A stretch of 64,000 nucleotides of DNA. Origin: the human T2T-CHM13v2.0 reference genome, Homo sapiens. The DNA is taken from assembly GCF_009914755.1 (NCBI RefSeq), contig NC_060933.1; one strand, given 5' to 3'. The notes beneath the pieces were generated by a model that ran no database searches, had not been told where the DNA came from, and worked only from the letters and a program-made list of their open reading frames with translations. Positions 51,931 to 62,170 of the stretch are shown here, piece after piece. Position 1 is the first letter of the stretch; the number at the start of each line of letters is the position of its first letter. Made by a program: the position numbers and the translations under genes.

Positions 51931-54900
51931 ATTCCATTCCATTCCATTCCATTCCATTCCGTTCCGTTCCGTTCCGTTCCATTTCATTCCATTCCATTCC
52001 ATTCCATTCCGTTCCGTTCCATTCCATTCCATTCCATTCTATTCGGGTTAATTCCATTCCAATCCATTCGATTGCAATCGAGTTGATTCCATTCCTTTCC
52101 ATTCCATTCCATTCCATTCCATTCCATTCCAATCGAGTTGATTGCATTCCATTCCATTCCATTCCATTCCACTCCATTCCAGTCCTTTCAATTCCATTCC
52201 ACTCGGGTTGATTCCATTCTATTCCTTTCCATTCCATTCCATTCCATTGCAATCGAGTTGATTCAATTGCTTTGCATTCCATTCCATTCCATTCCATTCC
52301 GGATGATTCCATTCCATTGCATTCCATTCCATTCCATTCCCCTGCACTCGGGTTGATTCCATTCCATTCCACTCCATTCGGTTCCATCCCATTCCATTCC
52401 ATTTTATTCGGGTTAATTCCATTCCATGCCATTCCATTCCATTCCATTCCATTCCATTCCATTCCATTCTATTACAATCGAGTTGATTCCATTCCATTCC
52501 ATTCCATTCCATTCCATTCCATTCCATTCCATTCCAGTCCTTTCCATTCCATTCCACTCGGGTTGATTCCATTCTATTAGTTTCCATTCCATTCCATTCC
52601 CTTCCATTCCACTCTGGTTGATTCCATTCCTTTCCATTCCAATCGAATACATTCCCTCCTATTCCACTCGTATCGATTCCATTCCATTCCATTCCATTCC
52701 ATTCCATTCCATTCCTTTCCATTCCATTTCGTTCCATTCCATTCTATTCCGTACCATTCCATTCCATTCCATTCCTTTCCATTCCATTCCATTGCATTCC
52801 ACTCTTGTTGATTCCATTCCTTTCCATTCCATTCGGTTTGAAGGCATTCCATTCCATTCAATTCCATTCCATTGCATTCCATTCCATTCCATTCCATTCC
52901 ATTGTACTCGGGTTGATTCCATTCCATTCCATTCCATTCCATTCCATTCCATTACATTCCGTTGCATTCCATTCCATTACATTCGGACTGATTCTATTCA
53001 ACTCCCTTACTCTCCATTACATTCCATTCCATTCGGGTTGTTCCATTCCATTCCATTCCATTCCACTCCATTCCATTGCACTCGGGTTGATTCGATTCCA
53101 TTCCATTCCATACCATTCCATTCCATTCCATTCCATTCCATTCCGTTCCATTCCGTTCCATTCCATTCCATTCCATTCTATTCGGGTTAATTCCATTCCA
53201 TTCCATTCCATTCCATTCTATTCCATTCCATTGCAATCGAGTTGAATCCATTGCATTTCATGCCATTCCATTCCATTCCATTCCATTCCGGAAGATTCCA
53301 TTCCATTGCATTCCATACCATTCCATTTCCCTGCACTCGCGTTGATTCCATTCCATTCCATTCCATTCCATTCCATTCCATTCCGTTCCGTTCCGTTCCA
53401 TTCCATTCTATTCCATTCCATTGCATTCCATTCCGTTCCGTTCCATTCCATTCCATTCCATTCTATTTGGGTTAATTCCATTCCATTCCATTCGATTGCA
53501 ATCGAGTTGATTCCATTCCATTCCATTCCATTCCATTCCATTCCATTCCTTTCCATTACATTACGGATGATTCCATTCCATTGCATTCCATTCCATTCCA
53601 TTCCCCTGTACTCGGGTTGATTCCATTCCATTCCATTCCAATCTATGCCATTCCACTCGTATTGATTCCATTCTTTCCATTCCATTCAAGTTGAATCAAT
53701 TCCATTGCATTCCATTACATTCGATTCCATTCGATTGCACTCGGGTTGATTCCATTCCATTGTATTCCATTCCATTCCATTCCATTCCATTCCATTCCAT
53801 TCCGTTCCATTCCATTCCATTACATTCGGATTGATTCTATTCAATTCCCTTACACTCCATTACATTCCATTCCATTCGGGTAGTTTCCATTCCATTCCAT
53901 TCCATTCCTCTCCATTCCATTGCACTCGGGTTGATTCCATTCCATTGCATTCCATTCGATACCATTCAATTCCATTCCGTTCCATTCCATTCCATTACAT
54001 TCGGATTGATTCTATTCAACTCCCTTACTCTCCATTACATTCGATTCCATTCGGGTTGTTCCATTCCATTCCATTCCATTCCTCTCCATTCCATTGCACT
54101 CGGGTTGATTCCATTCCATTCCATTCCATTCCATTCCATTCCATTCCATTCCATTCCATTCCGTATGATTCCATTCCATTGCATTCCATTCCATTCCATT
54201 CCACTGCACTCGGTTGGATTCCATTCTATTCCATTCCATTCCATTCCATTCCATTCCATTCCATTCCATTCCATTCCATTCCATTCTATTCGGGTTAATT
54301 TCATTCCATTCCCTTCCATTCCATTCCATTCCATTCCATTCCATTCCATTGAAATCGAGTTGATTCCATTCCATTCCATTCCATTCCATTCCATTCCATT
54401 CTATTCGTGTTAATTCCATTCCATTCCATTCCATTCCATTCCCTTCCCTTCCATTCCATTCCATTCCATTCCATTCCATTCTATTAGGGTTAATTCCATT
54501 CCATTCCATTCCATTCCATTCCATTCCATTCCACTCCATTCCATGCCATTCCACTCGGGTTTATTCCATTCCTTTCCATTCCATTCGGGTTGAGTCCATT
54601 CCATTCCATTCCATTCCATTCCATTCCATTCCATTCCATGCCATTGCACTCGGGTTGATTCCATTCCTTTCCATTCCATTCGAATTGAACCCATTCCATT
54701 CCCTTCCATTCCATTCCATTCCATTCCATTCCATTGCTCACGGGTTCATTCCATTCCATTCCATTCCATTCCATTCCATTCCATTCCATTTCGTTCCATT
54801 CCATTATACTCCGTACCATTCCATTCCATTCCATTCCCTTCCATGCCATTTCACTCGGGTTTATTCCATTCCTTTCCATTCCATTCGGGTTGAATCCATT

Positions 54901-55852
54901 CCATTCCATTCCATTCCATTCCATTGCGCTCGGGTTGATTCCATTCCATTCTATGCCATTCCATTTCATTCCGTTCCATTCCATTCCATTCCTTTCCATT
55001 CCTTTCCTTTCAATTCCATTCCATTACATTCGGATTGATTCTTTTTAATTCCCTTACACTCCATTACATTCCATTCCATTCGGGTACTTTCCATTCCATT
55101 CCATTCCATTCCACTGCATTCTATTGCACTCGGATTGATTGATTCCATTAGATTGCATTCCATTCCATTCCATTCCCCTGCACTCGGGTTGATCCCATTC
55201 CATTGCATTCCATTCCATTCCATTCCGTTCCATTCCATTCAATTCCATTCTGTTCAGGTTAATTCCATTCCATTCCATTCCATTCCATTGCATTCCATTC
55301 CATTCCATCCCATTGCAATCTAGTTGATTCCATTGCATTCCATTCCATTCCATTCCATTCCATTGCATTCCATTCCATTCCATTCCCCTGCACTCAGATT
55401 GATTCCATTCCATCCCATTCCGTTCCATTCCGTTCCATTACATTCCATTCCATTCTATTCGCGTTAATTCCATTCCATTCCATTCCATTACATTCCATTG
55501 CAATCGAGTTGATTCCATTCCATTCCGTTCCATTCCATTCCATTCCATTCCATTTCGTTCCATTCCATTCTATTCTGTACCATTCCATTCCATTCCATTC
55601 CATTCCATTCCATTCCATTCCATTCCATGCCATTCCACTCGGGTTGATTCCATTGCTTTCCATTCCATTTGGGTTGAATCCAATCCATTCCATTCCATTC
55701 CATTCCATTCCAATCCATTCCATTCCATTCCACTGCACTAGGTTTGATTCCATTCCGCTGCATTCCATTCCATTAAATTCCGTTCCATTCCATTCCATTA
55801 CATTCGGATTGATTGTATTCAATTCCCTTACACTCCATTACATTCCATTCCA

Positions 55853-55895
55853 TTCGGGTTGTTTCCATTCCATTCCATTCCGTGTGCAATGGAAT
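55853..55895. other. Strand-switch junction 2 (CATTC to GGAAT)
   Basis: TTCGGGTTGTTTCCATTCCATTCCATTCC|GTGTGCAATGG. The right side is the truncated word ATGAACCCGTGTGCAATGG (intact at ~57882-57900), with CC shared across the join. Confidence 0.9.
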
Positions 55896-58800
55896 GGAAT
55901 GGAATGGAATGGAATGGAATGGAATGGGTTCAACTAGAATGGAATGGAAAGGAATGGAATCAACCCGAGTGGAATGGCATGGAATGGAATGGAATGGAAT
56001 GGAACGGAATGGAATGGAATCAACTCGATTGCAAAGGAATGTAATGGAATGGAATGGAACGGAATTAACGCAAATAGAATGGAATGGAAAGGAATGGAAC
56101 GGAATGGAATGGAAAGAAATGGAATGGAATCAATCTGAGTGCAGGGGAATGCAATGGAATGGAATGCAATGGAATGGAATGGAATGGAATGCAATGGAAT
56201 CACCTGGATTTCAATGGGATGGAATGGAATGGAATGGAATGGAAGGGAATGGAATGGAATGGAATTAACCTGAACAGAATGGAATGGAATGGAATGGAAT
56301 GGAATGGAATGCAATGGAATGGAATCAATCAACCCGAGTGCAATAGAATGCAGTGGAATGGAATGGAATGGAATGGAATGGAATGGAATGGAATGGAATG
56401 AAATGGAATGGCAGGGAATGGAATGGAATCAACCCGAGTGCAAAGGAATGGAATGGAATGGAATGGAATGGAATGGAATGGAATGGATTCAACCCGAATG
56501 GAATGGAAAGGAATGGAATAAACCTGAGTGGAATCGCATGGAATGGAATGGAATGGAATGGAATGGAATGGTACGGAATAGAATGGAATGGAAAGTAATG
56601 GAATGGAATGGAATGGAATGGAATGGAATCAACCTGAGTGCAATGGAATGGAGTGGAATGGAATGTAATGGAATGGAAACAACCCGAATGGAATGGAATG
56701 TCATGGAGTGTAAGGGAATTGAATACAATCAATCCGAATGTAATGGAATGGAATGGAACGGAATGGAATGGAATGGAATGTAGTGGAATGGAATCAAACC
56801 TAGTGCAATGGAATGGAATGGAATGGAATGGAATGAAATGGAATGGAATGGAATGGAATGGAATGGAATGGATTGGTTCCAACCCAAATGGAATGGAAAA
56901 CAATGGAATCAACCCGAGTGGAATGGCATGGAATGGAATGGAATGGAATGGAATGGAATGGAATGGAATGGTACAGAATAGAATGGAATGGAATGAAATG
57001 GAATGGAATGGAATGGAATGGAACGGAATGGAATGGAATCAACTCGATTGCAATGCAATGTAATGGAATGGAATGGAATGGAATTAACGCGAATAGAATG
57101 GAATGGAATGTAATGGAACGGAATGGAATGGAATGGGATGGAATGGAATCAATCTGAGTGCAGGGGAATGGAATGGAATGGAATGCAATGGAATGGAATG
57201 GAATGGAATGGAATGGAATGCAATGGAATCAACTAGATTGCAATGGGATGGAATGGAATGGAATGGAATGGAAGGGAATGGAATGGAATGGAATTAACCT
57301 GAACAGAATGGAATGGAATGGAATGGAACGGAATGGAAGGGAATGGAATGGAATGGAATTAAGCTGAAGAGAATAGAATGGAATGGAATGGAACGGAATG
57401 GAATGGAATGGAATGGAATGGAATGCAATGGAATGGGATCAACCCGAGTGCAGGGGAATGGAATGGAATGGAATGCAATGGAATGGAATCAATCAACCCG
57501 AGTGCAATAGAATGCATTGGAATGGAATGGAATGGAATGGAAAGTACCCGAATGGAAAGGAATGTAATGGAGTGTAAGGGAATTAAAAAGAATCAATCCG
57601 AATGTAATGGAATGGAAGGGAACGGAATGGAATGGAATGGAATGGAATGGAATGAAATGGAATGGCATGGAATGGAATGGAATCAACCTGAGTTCAATGG
57701 AATGGAATGGAATGGAATGGAATGGATTCAACCCGAATGGAATGGAAAGGAATGGAATAAACCCGAGTGAAATGGCATGGAAGGGAATGGAATGGAATGG
57801 AATGGTAAGGAATAGAATGGAATGGAACGAAATGGAATGGAATGGAATGGAATGGAATGGAATGGAATGGAATGGAATGGAATGAACCCGTGTGCAATGG
57901 AATGGAATGGAATGGAATGGAATGGAATGGAATGGAATGGGTTCAACTAGAATGGAATGGAAAGAAATGGAATCAACCCGAGTGGAATGGCATGGAATGG
58001 AATGGAAAGGAATGGAATGGAATGGAATGGAATGGAATGGAATGGAATGGAATGGAATGAAATGGAATGGAAGGGAATGGATTGAAATGGAATGGAATGG
58101 AATGGAATGGAATCAACCCGAGTGCAATGTAATGGAATTGAATGGAATGGAATGGAATGGAATGGAATGAATTCTACCCGAATGGAATGGAAAGGAATGG
58201 AATAAACCCGAGTGGAATGGCATGGAATGGATTGGAATGGAATGGAATGGAATACTACGGAAGAGAATGGAATGGAACGAAATGGAATGGAATGGAATGA
58301 ACACGTGAGCAATGGAATGGAATGGAATGGAATGGAATGGAATGGAATGGATTCAACTCGAATGGAATGGAAAGGAATGGAACCAACCCGAGTGGAATGG
58401 CATGGAATGGAATGGAATGGAATGGAATGGAACGGAATGGAATGGAATCAACTCGATTGCAAAGGAATGTAATGGAATGGAATGGAACGGAATTAACGCA
58501 AATAGAATGGAATGGAAAGGAATGGAAAGGAATGGAATGGAAAGGAATGGAATGGAATCAATCTGAGTGCAGGGGAATGGAATGGAATGGAGTGCAATGG
58601 AATGGAATGGAATGGAATGCAATGGAATCACCTCGATTGCAATGGGATGGAATGGAATGGAATGGAATGGAAGGGAATGGAATGGAATGGAATTAACCTG
58701 AACAGAATGGAATGGAATGGTATGGAATGGAATGGAATGGAATGGAATGGAATGCAATGGAATGGAATCAATCAACGCGAGTGCAATAGAATGCAGTGGA

Positions 58801-59019
58801 ATGGAATGGAATGGAATGGAAAGTACCCGAATGGAATGGAATGGAATGGAGTGTAAGGGAATTAAAAAGAATCAATCCGAATGTAATGGAATGGAATTGA
58901 AAGGAAAGGAATGGAATGGAATGGAATGGAATGGAATGGAATGGAATGGAATGAAATGGAATGGCATAGAATGGAATGGAATCAACCCGAGCGCAATGGA
59001 ATGGAATGGAATGGAATGG

Positions 59020-59405
59020 AATGGAATGGAATGGATTCAACCCGAATGGAATGGAAAGGAATGGAATAAACCCGAGTGAAATGGCATGGAAGGGAATGGA
59101 ATGGAATGGAATGGTACGGAGTAGAATGGAATGGAACGAAATGGAATGGAATGGAATGGAATGGAATGGAATGGAATGGAATGAACCCGTGAGCAATGGA
59201 ATGGAATGGAATGGAATGGATTGGAATGGATTCAACCCGAATGGAATGGAAAGGAATGGAATAAACCCGAGTGAAATGGCATGGAAGGGAATGGAATGGA
59301 ATGGAATGGTACGGAGTAGAATGGAACGGAACGAAATGGAATGGAATGGAATGGAATGGAATGGAATGGAATGAACCCGTGAGCAATGGAATGGAATGGA
59401 ATGGA
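59020..59405 (+). repeat. ~190-195 bp tandem duplication
   Basis: The series TTCAACCCGAA...ATAAACCCGAGTGAAATGGC...GGTACGGAGTAG...ATGAACCCGTGAGC occurs twice (last word at 59181 and 59371). Confidence 0.85.
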
Positions 59406-61779
59406 ATGGAATGGAAGGGAATGGAATGGGTTCAATTCGAATGGAATGGAAAGGAATGGAATCAACCCGAGTGCAATGGCATGGAATGGAATGGAATGGA
59501 ATGGAATGGAATGGAATGGAATGGAATGGATTCAACCCAAATGGAATGGAAAGGAATGGAATAAAAACGAGTGGAATGGCATGGAATGGAGTGGAATGGA
59601 ATGGAATGGAATGGAATGGAATGGAATGGAATGGAATTAACCCTAATAGAATGGAATGGAATGGAATGGAATGGAATAGAAGGGAATGGAATGGAATGGA
59701 ATGGAATGGAATTAACCCGAATAGAATGGAATGGAATGGAATGGAATGGAATGGAATCAACTCGATTTCAATGGAATGGAATGGAATGGAATGGAATGGA
59801 AGGGAATGGAATGGAATGGAATGAAATTAACCCGAATAGAATGGAATGGAATGGAATGGAATGGAATGGAATGGAATAGAATGTAATCCAACCGAGTGCA
59901 GGGGAATGGAATGGAATGGAATGCAATGGAATGGAATCATACGGAATGGAATGGAATGGAATGGAATGCAATGGAATGGAATGGAATCAACCCGATTGCA
60001 ATGGAATGGAGTGGAATGGAATGGAATGGAATGGAAACAACCCGAATGGAATGGAATGGAAAGGAATCGAATGGAATCAACCTGAGTGCAGGGGAATGGA
60101 ATGGAATGGAATGCAATGGAATGTAATGGAATGGAATGCAATGGAATCAACCCGAGTGCAATGTAATGGAATCGAATGGAATGGAATGGAATGGAATGGA
60201 TTCAACCCGAATGGAATGGAAAGGAATGGAATAAACCCGAGTGGAATGGCATGGAGTGGAGTGGAATGGAATGGAATGGAATAGAATGGAATGGTACGGA
60301 ATAGAATGGAATGGAACGAAATGGAATGGAATGGAATGGAATGGAATGGAATGGAATGGAATGGAATCAAACCGAGTGCAGGGGAATGGAATGGAATTGA
60401 AGGCAATGGAATGGAATCATCCGGAATTGAATGGAATGGAATGGAATCAACTCGATTGCAATGGAATGGAATGGAATGGCATGGAATGGAATGGAATGGA
60501 ATGCAATGCAATGGAATGCAATGGAATGGAATGGAATTAACCCGAATAGAATGGAATGGAATGGAATGGAAGTAAATGGAATGGAAGGTAATGAACCCGA
60601 GTGCAGGGGAATGGAATGGAATGGAATGCAATGGAATGGAGTCATCCGGAATGGAACGGAAAGGAATGGAATGGAACCAACCCGTGTGCAATGGAATTGA
60701 AAGGAATGGAATGGAATGGAATGGAATGGAATGGAATGGAATGGATTCAACCCGAATGGAATGGAAAGGAAGGGAATCAACCCAAGTGGAATGGCATGGA
60801 ATGGAATGGATTGGAATGGAATGGAATGGAATGCTACCGAATAGAATGGAATGGAACGAAATGGAGTAGAATGGAATGGAATGGAATGCAATCAACCCGA
60901 GTGCAATGGAATGGAGTGGAATGGATTGGAATGGAATGGAAACAACCTGAATGGAACGGAATGAAATGGAGTGTAAGGGAATTGAATACAATCAAACCGA
61001 ATGTAATGGAATGGAATGGAACGGAATGGAATGGAATGGAATGGAATGCAGTGGAATGGAATCAAACCTAGTGCAATGGAATGGAATTGAATGGAATGGA
61101 ATGGAATGGAATGGAATGGAATGGAATGGAATCAATTCGATTGCAATGGAATGGAATGGAATGGAATGGAATGGAATGGGTTCAACTCGAATGGAATGGA
61201 AAGGAATGGAATCAACCCTAGTGGAATGGCATTGAATGGAATGCAATGGAATGGAATGGAATGGAATGGAATGCAATGGAATGGAATGGAATGCAATGGA
61301 ATCAACCCGAGTGCTATGTAATGGAATTGAATGGAATGGAATGGAATGGAATGGAATGGATTCAACCCGAATGGAATGGAAAGGAATGGAATAAACCCGA
61401 GTGGAATGGCATGGAATGGAGTGGAATGGAATGGAATGGAATGGAATGGAATGGAATGGAATGGTACGGAATAGAATGGAATGGAACGAAATGGAATGTA
61501 ATGTAATGGAATGGAATGGAATGGAATGAACCCGTGTGCAATGGAATGGAATGGAAAGGAATGGAATGGCATGGAATGAACCAGTGTGCAATGGAATGGA
61601 ATCGAATGGAATGGAATGGAATGGAATGGATTCAAGTCGAATGGAATGAAAGGAATGGAATCAACCCGAGTGGAATGGCATGGAATGGAATGGAATGAAA
61701 TGGAATGGAATGGAATGGAATGGTACGGAATAGAACGGAATGAAACGAAATGGAATGGAATGGAATGGAATGGAATGGA

Positions 61780-62170
61780 ATGGAATGGAATGGAAAGGAA
61801 TGGAATGGAATCAACCCGAGTGCAGGTGAATGGAATGGAATGGAAGGCAATGGAATGCAATCATCCGGAATTGAATGGAATGGAATGGAATGCAATGGAA
61901 TCAACTCGATTGCAATGGAATGTAATGGAATGGAATGGAATGGAATTAACCCTAATAGAATGGAATGGAATGGAATGGAATGGAATGGAAAGGAATGGAA
62001 TGGAATCAACCCGAGTGCAGGTGAATGGAATGGAATGGAAGGCAATGGAATGCAATCATCCGGAATTGAATGGAATGGAATGGAATGGAATGGAATCAAC
62101 TCGATTGCAATGGAATGTAATGGAATGGAATGGAATGGAATTAACCCTAATAGAATGGAATGGAATGGAA
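61780..62170 (+). repeat. ~195 bp tandem duplication
   Basis: The series CAACCCGAGTGCAGGTGAA...GGCAATGGAATGCAATCATCCGGAATTG...AACCCTAATAG occurs twice (61812 and 62007). Confidence 0.85.

Larger units (their letters stand above)
5593..55881 (-). repeat. HSat3 block 2 (~50.3 kb) in opposite orientation (CATTC on +, G-rich strand on -)
   Basis: CATTC on + continuously from 5593 to ~55881. The words are the reverse complements of those in block 1 up to ~54.1 kb. Confidence 0.95.

Noticed and set aside
5563-55895. Invertible element or transposon bounded by terminal inverted repeats
   Set aside because: There is no recombinase or transposase, no target-site duplication, and the two ends belong to different satellite types.
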